A DNA stretch of 51,146 nt from Nitrospirota bacterium (lineage in GTDB: Bacteria; Patescibacteriota; Gracilibacteria; UBA1369; LOWO2-01-FULL-3), in contig JAUVQE010000001.1 in the NCBI GenBank assembly GCA_030598325.1, positions 1 to 51,146 of the forward strand, in the 5' to 3' direction. Positions 1 through 8,964 of the stretch are shown in pieces. The number at the start of each line of letters is the position of its first letter. Positions within the stretch are counted from its first letter, which is position 1. The position numbers and the translations under genes were made by a program. The notes beneath the pieces were generated by a model, which made no database searches, was not told the origin of the DNA, and saw only the letters and a program-made list of their open reading frames with translations.

Positions 1-680
1 TAAACCATCTGGTTGGTGAGGATAAGAGCGGTGTAATTGCCACGGGAATCGAAAACGTCGTTGTTGCGAATGCACTTAGGAATCCCATTCCCGTCAGTGA
101 AACGCTGAGGAAGACCTTCGCCAGTATCACACTTCTCAAACTGAAAATGCAGATGATTACCAGCCGAATCTCCGGTATTACCGATTTCTCCGATCTTTAA
201 ACCCTGACAAGCAGTCTGACCTTCAGAAATATGACTGGTAGAACCATTAAGCATATGAGCATAAAGGGTACAAATATTATTGCCATGATCAATGACAATA
301 TAATTACCCCACCCATAATCGAGACCGACTTCTTTCACGACACCATCAGAAGAAGCCAAAACAGGTTTCCCCTCATCCTGATTCCCGGGAAGATTGAAAT
401 CCCAGCCATACTTACAGCAGTTCCACGTATGAGACATTTCATTTGTGTCACAATAATCCCAATCAGGATATTTTTGACTACACTCTTCACAGTGGCTTTC
501 CCAGGACTGCGTGACCTCCCAATTATACCCGGGAGGAATGGGAACCTTAAAACTTCTACTGCCACCACCCATGTCGGGACTTGGCGGCACATCAGTCCAA
601 TCCCACTCCGGCGAAAGGGTGCACGACCCGAGCGCCATGACCAGAAACCAAAAAACTCCGAAAAAACGCTTGTTACACAT
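1..680 (-). CDS. M23 (LytM-type) metallopeptidase lipoprotein; 3' end cut by the window edge
   Basis: Own translation from ATG 680-678, with SD GGAGG at 687-691. N-terminus MCNKRFFGVFWFLVMALGSC is a signal peptide with a lipobox. M23 motifs GNYIVIDHG, LYAHM and GNTGDSAGNHLHFQF are present. The frame is open to position 1, so it is absent from the ORF track. Confidence 0.85.
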   Translation of the reverse strand, partial: MCNKRFFGVFWFLVMALGSCTLSPEWDWTDVPPSPDMGGGSRSFKVPIPPGYNWEVTQSWESHCEECSQKYPDWDYCDTNEMSHTWNCCKYGWDFNLPGNQDEGKPVLASSDGVVKEVGLDYGWGNYIVIDHGNNICTLYAHMLNGSTSHISEGQTACQGLKIGEIGNTGDSAGNHLHFQFEKCDTGEGLPQRFTDGNGIPKCIRNNDVFDSRGNYTALILTNQMV

Positions 681-1023
681 ATCGAACCTCCTGTTGGTTT
701 GTGTTTTTTTCAAGCCAAAATTAACCTCGAGATGTCAAAGAACATCTCGCAAACTATTTTTCCAAATGTTCACAAGAATGAGGATAGAACTCGGGAACAA
801 AAGCTATCTAAAAAGATACTGTTATTCACATCCATTTCTATCGTTGCAAAAAAATCATACTGTGAAACGAAAAAACACAAATTATTTTAAATATCAGAAA
901 AAATATTTCCCTTATTCAAAAGAAAAACCCAAAGAAAAAACTGTTGTCGAAAAGTTTACAACACTAAATCCTTGCCAAAAGATTTTCAAGAACTAAAATA
1001 AAAGAACAAATAATTTGAATATC

Positions 1024-1596
1024 ATGAAAAAAACAATCACATTATTACTAACAGCATTAATTTTAACTATCTTCTCCGGATGCCTTAACAACCAGAATCA
1101 AGGGTTGGAACAGGAGGAAGAAGTGGCCGAGGAAATCTTGAACTACGAAAGTTATATGATCTGCGACAACAATAAATTCCCTTTTAAATTAGACAAAATT
1201 GGAGGAGCACACGGTCAATTTGTTTTTACAGGAACAATAACTGACGAATTGGAACAAAAACCATGGAGTATGGATGAAACGGATCTGATCCCTGTCGTCA
1301 GAATGCAAGTAAATCATTCAGATATATCTGAAGCGCTTGAGTATTACAAAGAAATGGCAAATAGAGGAAATACGATTAATGATATTGAAGGAGGGGGATT
1401 AGGCTTCAAATTAGGAATTATCGACAATGAGGAATTCTCGAGCTCTGCAAAAATTTCAGAATCTGCAATAGAAAAGATTTTCGATGCATTAGAAAGCGGA
1501 GAAGAAATTTCCCTAACTCTCACTCAAGCGTTTCTACCCGGTATGGGAGCTCCTGCAAATTATTCTTTCGCTTGTGAAATAGAGGGACATCCCTAA
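1024..1596 (+). CDS. hypothetical lipoprotein
   Basis: ATG 1024 lies inside track ORF 1015-1596. MKKTITLLLTALILTIFSGC is a signal peptide with a lipobox Cys. No recognisable domain. Confidence 0.6.
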   Translation: MKKTITLLLTALILTIFSGCLNNQNQGLEQEEEVAEEILNYESYMICDNNKFPFKLDKIGGAHGQFVFTGTITDELEQKPWSMDETDLIPVVRMQVNHSDISEALEYYKEMANRGNTINDIEGGGLGFKLGIIDNEEFSSSAKISESAIEKIFDALESGEEISLTLTQAFLPGMGAPANYSFACEIEGHP

Positions 1597-2165
1597 AATA
1601 TCGTATCAAACGCAAATTCATCAACCTCGAGAGCGTATGTTTCGTCTGCGGAAATTAGCAGATTGTAGTTGTCAAACGCCAGAGGGACATAATAACTGAG
1701 TTTGCCACCGGCGATAACACGAGCCGCCCTTACTGCCGCGACATCAATCTTTTTGACTACCAGATCGTTCTCTCCCAAGCCCAGATATTCCATCATCTGC
1801 TCCTTAATCTGCAATTCAGGCATGATAAATCCTTTGGTTTCAATATCGGCATAATTTTTTCCACCTTCGGCAGGTTCATAATCGGAAGATTCATACCAAA
1901 GCTCGATTCCACCCTCAAAATCAGTAAAACTCACATGGACAAGACTGCCCACAAGACCCGGAACATCTTCAACAACGACCTCTCCCCATGCGGGATCTAT
2001 ACAAAATTCCAACGAAGTGTTACGAACTTTATATTCATCCAGCCCTTCATTACAATTCAATACAAGTTTTTCGGGTATGACATCAATATCTGTGGTCTCG
2101 TCCGTGGTCGCAAAGCAACCGATCAGAACAAGGGAAAAAACAACAAGTGAAATAATCTTTTTCAT
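1593..2165 (-). CDS. hypothetical lipoprotein
   Basis: MKKIISLVVFSLVLIGC is a signal peptide with a lipobox. 190 aa, acidic, no recognisable domain. Confidence 0.6.
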   Translation of the reverse strand: MKKIISLVVFSLVLIGCFATTDETTDIDVIPEKLVLNCNEGLDEYKVRNTSLEFCIDPAWGEVVVEDVPGLVGSLVHVSFTDFEGGIELWYESSDYEPAEGGKNYADIETKGFIMPELQIKEQMMEYLGLGENDLVVKKIDVAAVRAARVIAGGKLSYYVPLAFDNYNLLISADETYALEVDEFAFDTIF

Positions 2166-2202
2166 GATAATAAAGTTAAATTATTAGTGGAGATTATTTA
2201 TA

Positions 2203-4614
2203 TCATTTTATAACAAATCCCACAATCTTTCCCGGAACGTAAATTTCTTTTACAACTTTGCCTTCAAGTAAATATTTTTGAATATTGGGAAGCTCCTGCG
2301 CCATTTTGACAACTTCGTCCTGCTTGGCATCTTTCGAAATTTCAATTTCTCCACGAATTTTCCCGTTTACCTGTACACCAATTTTTACACGGTCATCAAT
2401 AATCAATTTCGCGTCAAAAGAAGGCCACTCACTATCGACAATATTGCATTTTTCGCCCAAAATTTCCCAACATTCCTCGGCCAGATGCGGAGCCAAAGGC
2501 TCAATCAACTGCACCATCACTTTTTTTGCCGGCTTATCGATTCCATTCTTCATTACAAAATTTATAAATTCCATCAAAGCCGCGACAGCTGTGTTGAAAT
2601 GCATTTTTTCAATATCTTCGGTGATTCTTTTTATCAATTTATGAAGATTTTTCGTCAATAAATTATTATCGGAAACTTTTTCCTCCCCATTCACAACACT
2701 CCAAAATCTTTCAACAAACCGCGCGATTCCGGTAATTCCCTTGTCATTCCAATCGCCACCATCGGTAAACGGTCCCATAAACATCAGGTACATACGGAAA
2801 ACATCACTTCCGTATTTTTCAACAAATTCATCCGGCGAAACAACATTTCCCTTGGACTTCGACATTTTCGCCCCGTCTTTCGTGACCATCCCCTGATGAA
2901 CCAATCGTTTAAACGGCTCCTTGAAGCCAATATGACCCATATCGTGCAGAGCCATTGTGACAAACCGCGCATACAAAAGATGCATGCAGGCATGCTCGGG
3001 ACCGCCAATATACATGTCGACGGGTAGCCATTTATCCAGAACGTCTTTGTCGAATGGTTTGTCAGTCATCTTACTGCACGGATACCGCAAAAAGTACCAA
3101 CTGGAACACATAAAAGTGTCCATTGTATCAACTTCACGCTCGGCATCACCACCACAGGTGGGACATTTGCAATTCCGGAAACTCTCACTATGGTAAAGAG
3201 GGGATTTTCCGTCACCCTTAAGCTTGAATTCAATATCCATAGGTAATTCTACAGGCAAATCTTCTTCCGGAACCGGCACCTCCCCGCATTTTTCGCAATA
3301 AACTATGGGAATCGGCGCTCCCCAATATCTCTGGCGTGAAATCAACCAGTCTCGGAGTTTATAATTTGTAACCCTTTTTCCCCAACCTTTTTCTTCCATA
3401 TGATCCATAATGGCCTCAGTAGCCTTGTGAATATCCATTCCATCCAAAAATTCACTGTTTATCATTTTTCCTTCTTCCTCCTGAACCTGCTCCGGCTTAA
3501 TAATTTCGGATTCATCGCCATCAGAACCCACAACCACACGAATAATTTCAAGCTCTTTCTCCCGGGCAAATTCAAAATCCCGAATATCAGAGCCCGGCAC
3601 TCCCACAACACATCCGGTCCCAACATGCGCGAGTACAAAATCACTCACATAAATCGGCATTTTCTTATCCGTCAAAGGATTCAGAGCATGCAAACCGGTA
3701 AAAACACCAGTTTTCTTTCGACCCTCCGCGATCCTCTCAATATCGGTTTTCTTCCCGGCCTCATGAATATAGGCGGCAATCGCATCCTTATCTTCAAATT
3801 TATCAGAATTTTTCTTCACACACTCACTTTCCGGCGCCACAACAACAAAAGTCGCCCCAAAATTCGTATCCGGACGAGTGGTATAAACCGAAATTTTATC
3901 AGAAACACCCTCCACATCATAACTAATATCGATTCCCATACTTTTTCCAATCCAGTTTTTCTGCATCGCCTTGGTTTTTTCAGGCCAATCCAGATCAGAA
4001 TGATCCAATAACGATTCCGCATAATCCCGAATCTTAAAAAACCATTGACTCAGGTCTTTATGCTCAACTTCGCTTTTACACCTTTCACAAGTTCCGTCCT
4101 GCGCCTGCTCATTCGCCAAAACCGTCTGACAACTCGGACACCAGTTCACAGGCGCATTTTTCTTATACGCCAGCTCGCGCTTATACAACTGCAAAAACAC
4201 CCATTGCGTCCATTTATAATACGAAAGATCAGAAGTGGTTACGGCCTTGTCCCAGTCATACATTGCCCCCATCTCGCTGAGCTGCCCCACCATGTACGAA
4301 ACATTTTTCGCGGTCGACTCACGCGGATGCACACCTGTTTTAATCGCATAATTCTCAGCGGGCAAACCAAAACTATCAAAGCCCATCGGCTCGAAAACAT
4401 TTCGCCCCCGCATCCTCATATACCGTGCCCAACTATCCGCGGGCCCAAAATTATACCAATGCCCGACGTGCAACTTATCGCCGCTCGGATAAGGAAACAT
4501 CACCAGGCTATAATATTTTTTCCCCGAATCGCTCAAATCAACTTTATGCAGACCGGTAGCTTTCCACACTTTCTGCCATTTCTGTTCGATTTTTCGCGCC
4601 TGATAATTACCCAT
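2203..4614 (-). CDS. leuS: leucyl-tRNA synthetase
   Basis: HIGH-type motif HVGHWYNF and KMSKS motif KMSKSKGN. Length is typical of LeuS with an editing insert. Likely start is ATG 4614 (MGNYQARKIEQKWQ); the track ORF extends to 4632. Confidence 0.97.
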   Translation of the reverse strand: MGNYQARKIEQKWQKVWKATGLHKVDLSDSGKKYYSLVMFPYPSGDKLHVGHWYNFGPADSWARYMRMRGRNVFEPMGFDSFGLPAENYAIKTGVHPRESTAKNVSYMVGQLSEMGAMYDWDKAVTTSDLSYYKWTQWVFLQLYKRELAYKKNAPVNWCPSCQTVLANEQAQDGTCERCKSEVEHKDLSQWFFKIRDYAESLLDHSDLDWPEKTKAMQKNWIGKSMGIDISYDVEGVSDKISVYTTRPDTNFGATFVVVAPESECVKKNSDKFEDKDAIAAYIHEAGKKTDIERIAEGRKKTGVFTGLHALNPLTDKKMPIYVSDFVLAHVGTGCVVGVPGSDIRDFEFAREKELEIIRVVVGSDGDESEIIKPEQVQEEEGKMINSEFLDGMDIHKATEAIMDHMEEKGWGKRVTNYKLRDWLISRQRYWGAPIPIVYCEKCGEVPVPEEDLPVELPMDIEFKLKGDGKSPLYHSESFRNCKCPTCGGDAEREVDTMDTFMCSSWYFLRYPCSKMTDKPFDKDVLDKWLPVDMYIGGPEHACMHLLYARFVTMALHDMGHIGFKEPFKRLVHQGMVTKDGAKMSKSKGNVVSPDEFVEKYGSDVFRMYLMFMGPFTDGGDWNDKGITGIARFVERFWSVVNGEEKVSDNNLLTKNLHKLIKRITEDIEKMHFNTAVAALMEFINFVMKNGIDKPAKKVMVQLIEPLAPHLAEECWEILGEKCNIVDSEWPSFDAKLIIDDRVKIGVQVNGKIRGEIEISKDAKQDEVVKMAQELPNIQKYLLEGKVVKEIYVPGKIVGFVIK

Positions 4615-4702
4615 TGACCAAAGATTATGCAAAGATTAACAACAGGCCAAATTTTACCCCTTATTAGCCGTGCAATCAAGATTCACTCTCAATAAAAAAG
4701 CG

Positions 4703-5323
4703 CTACTTCTTCATATCCACAATCCTTGGATAAAAAGTTTCAATCCAGACCCCTTCAGTATTTTCGACTTCCCTCTCATTCTTATTCATTTCTTCAGCCT
4801 GCTCGGTTATATCCTTTATGGAAAAAACAATCTCCTCAACTTTTCCCTCAATGTCCACAACCGGATAAGCACTAAAAAGAACTAAAATTTCTTTTTCCTC
4901 CCCAATCATTCTGTACGGACCCATTCCCTCTGTCAGCTTGGGCTCTTGAACAAGTTTCATGTAAGAAGTTACAAAATCAGGAAGATCTTTCGTATTAATA
5001 TATTCGAAAAACGATTTTCCAACATAATCATCACAGTCCACAGCCAACAAATTGCAACAATCATCGGTAGCAAACGTAATTTGTCCATCGGCATTCATAA
5101 CAAAAACGGGATTTTCCGTGCCGCCCATATATTCCCTGTACATAGTTTCCGGATCTATTACCACAACTTCTTCACCATGACCGCCGACATCAAGTATATT
5201 CACCTGACCGTGGTTAGAATCTTCTCCGTTATTCTCAAGAAAGAACAACATAGCGGCAAACGATATAAGGAAAAGGGCTATAGCGGTGATAGCAATCTTT
5301 TTATTTTGTGACAGAGTAAGCAT
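4703..5323 (-). CDS. membrane-anchored PAS-like sensor domain protein with no output domain
   Basis: N-terminal TM helix IAITAIALFLISFAAMLFFL, then a PAS-like region (VFVMNADGQITFATDDCCNLL...GKSFFEYI). Confidence 0.55.
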   Translation of the reverse strand: MLTLSQNKKIAITAIALFLISFAAMLFFLENNGEDSNHGQVNILDVGGHGEEVVVIDPETMYREYMGGTENPVFVMNADGQITFATDDCCNLLAVDCDDYVGKSFFEYINTKDLPDFVTSYMKLVQEPKLTEGMGPYRMIGEEKEILVLFSAYPVVDIEGKVEEIVFSIKDITEQAEEMNKNEREVENTEGVWIETFYPRIVDMKK

Positions 5324-5425
5324 ACAATTACCGTTTTATTTTTATTTACATTTTGCCTTACACATACTATAGCACAAAACAATCAATATGTCAAAGGCAA
5401 TGAGCACAAAGTAAGCACGAAAACA

Positions 5426-5434
5426 TGGTATAAT
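5426..5434 (+). promoter_or_regulatory. extended -10 promoter element TGgTATAAT
   Basis: TG at 5426-5427 and TATAAT at 5429-5434, 24 nt upstream of ATG 5458. The -35 is weak. Confidence 0.45.
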
Positions 5435-5457
5435 ATACCTGTATTAACCTCATTACT

Positions 5458-5913
5458 ATGGCAGACAAAAACGTGGACGCTTCAATGCTTTTACCTGTAT
5501 TAAAGCAAATACCCATCTTTTCCAACCTGGACGAAAAACTTCACCGCGAGATAATTCAGCACATTGTACTTATGTATTACCCCGTAAATTACACAGTATT
5601 TAAGGAGAAGGACGAAGGAGACGCCCTCTATATAGTCAAAAAAGGGACAATACAGATATATAATGAACCGAAAGAAGAAGGGGATTTACCTAAAAACGTA
5701 GCGGAAATCAATAATGGCGGATTTTTTGGGGAAATGGCTCTAATTTCGGACCAGCCAAGGAACGCTTCAGCAAAAACTCTGGCTGAAAGTGAAGTTTTTA
5801 TCCTTTCCAAAGATGATTTTAAGAAACTTCTCGACTCAAACCCCACTCTCGCCGAACAAATAAGTGCGGCTGTAGTCGCCCGAACCAACGAAAATGATCC
5901 CTCTCTACAATGA
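5458..5913 (+). CDS. stand-alone cyclic-nucleotide-binding domain protein
   Basis: cNMP-binding signature GGFFGEMALISDQPRNASAKT. 151 aa with no HTH or other output domain. Confidence 0.75.
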   Translation: MADKNVDASMLLPVLKQIPIFSNLDEKLHREIIQHIVLMYYPVNYTVFKEKDEGDALYIVKKGTIQIYNEPKEEGDLPKNVAEINNGGFFGEMALISDQPRNASAKTLAESEVFILSKDDFKKLLDSNPTLAEQISAAVVARTNENDPSLQ

Positions 5914-6374
5914 CACTAGCTTATCTGGTTTTAGCACATCTCATGAGCGACTTTCTCCTTCAGCCAACAAAGCTGGTGGTTTGGAAAATAAAAAGCAAAA
6001 AAGGAACATTTATACACTCACTTATACACACCATTGTTACGCTTATAATACTGATTCCATTTCTGATAAATGGCTATTATCAGCTTATTTATGTGGTTTT
6101 GGGAATAAATTTTGTTCATTTCTGGATAGATGAAGCGAAAATCAATTATGCGCTTAAACACGACAATAAAGTAAAACCTTTCATTATAGACCAGATCATT
6201 CACCTGTTTACTATCGTAATAGCGTTTCTATTCGTTAGAAACATAGATTTTAACCTGCCTGACACTCAATTCTATCAAATATATACTGATCCAAAAACCA
6301 TTACAATTGTCATGGTCCTTGTGCTGGCAGTCACAATAATAGGAATATTTAGGATCCGGAAAAAACGAAATTAG
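5910..6374 (+). CDS. DUF3307-like integral membrane protein
   Basis: ATGA overlap with the upstream gene. N-terminal LVLAHLMSDFLLQP motif and several TM helices. Confidence 0.5.
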   Translation: MTLAYLVLAHLMSDFLLQPTKLVVWKIKSKKGTFIHSLIHTIVTLIILIPFLINGYYQLIYVVLGINFVHFWIDEAKINYALKHDNKVKPFIIDQIIHLFTIVIAFLFVRNIDFNLPDTQFYQIYTDPKTITIVMVLVLAVTIIGIFRIRKKRN

Positions 6375-7390
6375 AGATTTTTATGTCCGCTATAATCATG
6401 CGGTTTTTCCCCTATATCATCAATCAAAACCTCCCTTGCGGAAACCTCTTCCTCCGAACTCAATTCCAAAAAAGTATACGTCCAGACGGTATATGAAAAA
6501 ATATCAACAATTCCGTTTAGATAAGCCGCAATAATGAGAGCGATAAACCCGATAATTCCCCCAACAATCACCCCGGTCGCAGGCACGGCTATGGTCGTAA
6601 TATAACCGGTAATAAGAACAACCAAAGCCGGAATTAAAAAGACCAAAATTGCCTGAATCACAACCCTTATACCAATCAGGATCATCAAAATTGTTATAAG
6701 AATCGTATGTTTCCAATTCATGAGAACCAATTTTCCACTTCTTTTCATGGAATTAAATACATTACGATCATCAATAACAATAAAAAAGTCGGTATAGGTA
6801 AACAAAAGTGTCAAAACGAAACCGATTATCAGGAGAATAATGAAAACCGGCAAAAGCATTTTAAATATAACCGGCCCCAAATTTCTAAGCACGAACGATA
6901 TTTCAAAAAGAATGGAAAAGAAAGCAAAAACTTTTATAAGAAGATGATATTCAAACAGCGGAAGAAAAGACATGATTCCATGCCGTAATCCGGTTCCAAC
7001 ACCGGACTTTTGTCCGTTTTTTTTCCTGGCAATCGACTGAATAGCGGAAGCTTTGGCAATTGTAGGAATAATAAAATAAAGAATGACAAATATTATCGCG
7101 AAAATAATAAGAGGCAGGGTCAAAGAAACGTGTGATTTAATAAAATCCCAGATAAAAACAATTACATCATGGAAAAAACTCTGTTCAGCATCGTCAAACA
7201 AATAAGACTGCTTAAAAGCAAAAAATTGATAAGCGATATATCCGACCCCGACAGTGGTTGTAAACAAAGCGGGTAAAAACCCAAACCAGAAGATCAAACT
7301 CTTATTTTTTTGAGTCTCACGCCAGGAGTCTACGATAACCTTTTTATAATCCATATACTTAGATATTACTGGTGGGATTTTTAAAGTCAA
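6371..7390 (-). CDS. polytopic membrane protein, unknown function
   Basis: 339-aa ORF with about 8 hydrophobic helices. Start is TTG 7390 or ATG 7354. Confidence 0.6.
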   Translation of the reverse strand: MTLKIPPVISKYMDYKKVIVDSWRETQKNKSLIFWFGFLPALFTTTVGVGYIAYQFFAFKQSYLFDDAEQSFFHDVIVFIWDFIKSHVSLTLPLIIFAIIFVILYFIIPTIAKASAIQSIARKKNGQKSGVGTGLRHGIMSFLPLFEYHLLIKVFAFFSILFEISFVLRNLGPVIFKMLLPVFIILLIIGFVLTLLFTYTDFFIVIDDRNVFNSMKRSGKLVLMNWKHTILITILMILIGIRVVIQAILVFLIPALVVLITGYITTIAVPATGVIVGGIIGFIALIIAAYLNGIVDIFSYTVWTYTFLELSSEEEVSAREVLIDDIGEKPHDYSGHKNL

Positions 7391-7396
7391 ACGAGA

Positions 7397-7490
7397 GGGG
7401 GGGAGTGCTAAAATTTTGTTAAGCGAATTTGAGTCTAATTAGCCATTAGACTCAAGCTGAGTGAAAACAGAATTTTAGCGCTCCCACCCA
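7397..7490. promoter_or_regulatory. 94-nt two-tier hairpin in the divergent intergenic region upstream of corA
   Basis: 7401-7420 pairs with 7466-7485 (20 bp, 2 G-U). 7397-7399 pairs with 7487-7489. An inner perfect 9-bp stem joins 7431-7439 and 7445-7453. Confidence 0.5.
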
Positions 7491-7495
7491 AATCA

Positions 7496-8467
7496 TTGAC
7501 TAAAACATACTCAACCCATTATATTTCAAACATGACAAAAAGTACTGTAGAAAAAATAAAATTTAAGGACAAAGATTTCACTTGGGTCTCAATAAACGGA
7601 CCGAATGAAAAAGCCGTGCAGTACCTGAGAAAAACCTACAAATTCCATCACCTGGACCTTGAAGACTGCATGTCCGAAATCCACCAAAGACCCAAAATAG
7701 ACGATTATGAGGATTATCTGTTTATGATTTTGCATGTTCCGGTAAGGCAAGGGGCAAAAAAACAATTAAAAACATCGGAATTATACATATTCATAGGACA
7801 AAATTTTGTAATCACCCTCCATCACAATAACCCGATCATCAACAAAATATTCGAAACCTGTAAAAAGAAAAAGAAAATCAAAGAGGAATACATGGGAAAA
7901 GGAACCGGATATTTCCTTTACATGATAATAGATGACCTTTTTGAGGCGGGATTCCCGCTTCTTGACGATTTAAGCAAGCACCTGAACGGATTGGAAATGG
8001 AAGTTTTTGATGAAGACCATTCCAGAGACCGATTAAAAGAAATTCTCCTTTTCAAAAAAGATATAATCAATTTTAGACGCATAATCATGCCGCAAAGAGC
8101 GATAGTTGCCCAGCTCGAACACAAAAATAAGAAATTTTTACCTGAAAAACTGGACGTATACTTCGACGACATAGTGGATAAAATCGAAAAAATCTGGAAC
8201 AACCTGGAAAATTTGCAGGAATTGGTCGCTTCACTCCAGGAAACAAACGAATCGATTATTTCCCACAACACAAACAATGTAATCAAAATCCTCACACTTT
8301 TTTCCGTAGTAATGCTACCGCTCACATTTATTACAGGTTTTTATGGAATGAATATTCAGACACTCCCATACGCGGGAAATCCACAATCTCTTACAATAAT
8401 CGCGGCCATTTTAGTGGGAATCGCGGTAACAATGATCGGTTTTTTCAAATATAAGAAATGGCTCTAA
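7496..8467 (+). CDS. corA: CorA-family Mg2+/Co2+ transporter
   Basis: Two C-terminal TM helices with the GMN signature (FYGMNIQ). Start is TTG 7496 or ATG 7532. Confidence 0.9.
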   Translation: MTKTYSTHYISNMTKSTVEKIKFKDKDFTWVSINGPNEKAVQYLRKTYKFHHLDLEDCMSEIHQRPKIDDYEDYLFMILHVPVRQGAKKQLKTSELYIFIGQNFVITLHHNNPIINKIFETCKKKKKIKEEYMGKGTGYFLYMIIDDLFEAGFPLLDDLSKHLNGLEMEVFDEDHSRDRLKEILLFKKDIINFRRIIMPQRAIVAQLEHKNKKFLPEKLDVYFDDIVDKIEKIWNNLENLQELVASLQETNESIISHNTNNVIKILTLFSVVMLPLTFITGFYGMNIQTLPYAGNPQSLTIIAAILVGIAVTMIGFFKYKKWL

Positions 8468-8492
8468 ATAAGGAGGTATAAAAGTTTTACTC

Positions 8493-8521
8493 TTGCCAAA
8501 ATTAAAAATCTTGTGTAAACT
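8493..8521 (+). promoter_or_regulatory. candidate sigma70-type promoter of rpsO-pnp
   Basis: TTGCCA (8493-8498), 17-nt spacer, TAAACT (8516-8521). Confidence 0.45.
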
Positions 8522-8554
8522 AACGCCCGCTAAGTTTTTTAAAAAGAACACGAA

Positions 8555-8818
8555 ATGAAACGCGAAAAAAAGAAAAAGGTAATAGGTAAATACAGTACCC
8601 ACAAAAAAGATACCGGTTCATCACAAGTACAGATAGCCATTCTTACTGAAAGAATTAATGAACTTTCAAAGCATCTCGAATCTCACTCGAAAGATGATCA
8701 CTCAAGAAAAGGGCTTCTTGCCTTGGTAGGGAAGAGAAGAAAACATTTAAATTACCTAAGACTACACAAGAAAGAAGATTACGACAGTTTGCTGAAATCA
8801 TTGAAATTAAGAAAATAA
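8555..8818 (+). CDS. rpsO: 30S ribosomal protein S15
   Basis: 87 aa. [22 protein letters not shown]...[20 protein letters not shown] is typical of S15. Confidence 0.95.
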   Translation: MKREKKKKVIGKYSTHKKDTGSSQVQIAILTERINELSKHLESHSKDDHSRKGLLALVGKRRKHLNYLRLHKKEDYDSLLKSLKLRK

Positions 8819-8871
8819 TAGCTCTTTAAAAATAAATTTAAACCCGATAAGGACTTTAAAGAATTAAGTCG

Positions 8872-8906
8872 CAGGATCCAGCCCACCAAAGGCGGGTTGA
8901 ATCTTG
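8872..8906 (+). promoter_or_regulatory. imperfect 16-position hairpin in the pnp leader
   Basis: CAGGATCCAGCCCACC-AAA-GGCGGGTTGAATCTTG, with 2 mismatches and several G-U pairs. Preceded by a 5-bp hairpin at 8852-8870. Confidence 0.4.
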
Positions 8907-8964
8907 TCACTTAAAATCCTTTTGATTCCATATACGGGTAAACAAATCCTAACCCATATTAAAC

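Noticed and set aside
727-749. 8-bp hairpin CGAGATGT/ACATCTCG (728-735 / 742-749) upstream of the M23 peptidase gene
   Set aside because: It is short and isolated, has no clear U-tract and no second copy. That is too little to call it an operator or a terminator.
231-996. Track ORFs 231-890 (+), 511-996 (+) and 335-592 (-) at the left edge
   Set aside because: The minus-strand frame from ATG 680 encodes a clear M23 peptidase with a signal peptide, a lipobox and the HxH motif. The listed ORFs are other frames of that gene or run into A-rich intergenic DNA. They have no motifs or RBS.
2278-4617. Long antisense ORFs inside leuS (for example 3400-4011 and 4045-4617, plus strand)
   Set aside because: They mirror a well-supported conserved gene and their products are low-complexity with no motifs. 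Long stop-free antisense frames like these occur by chance opposite real genes.
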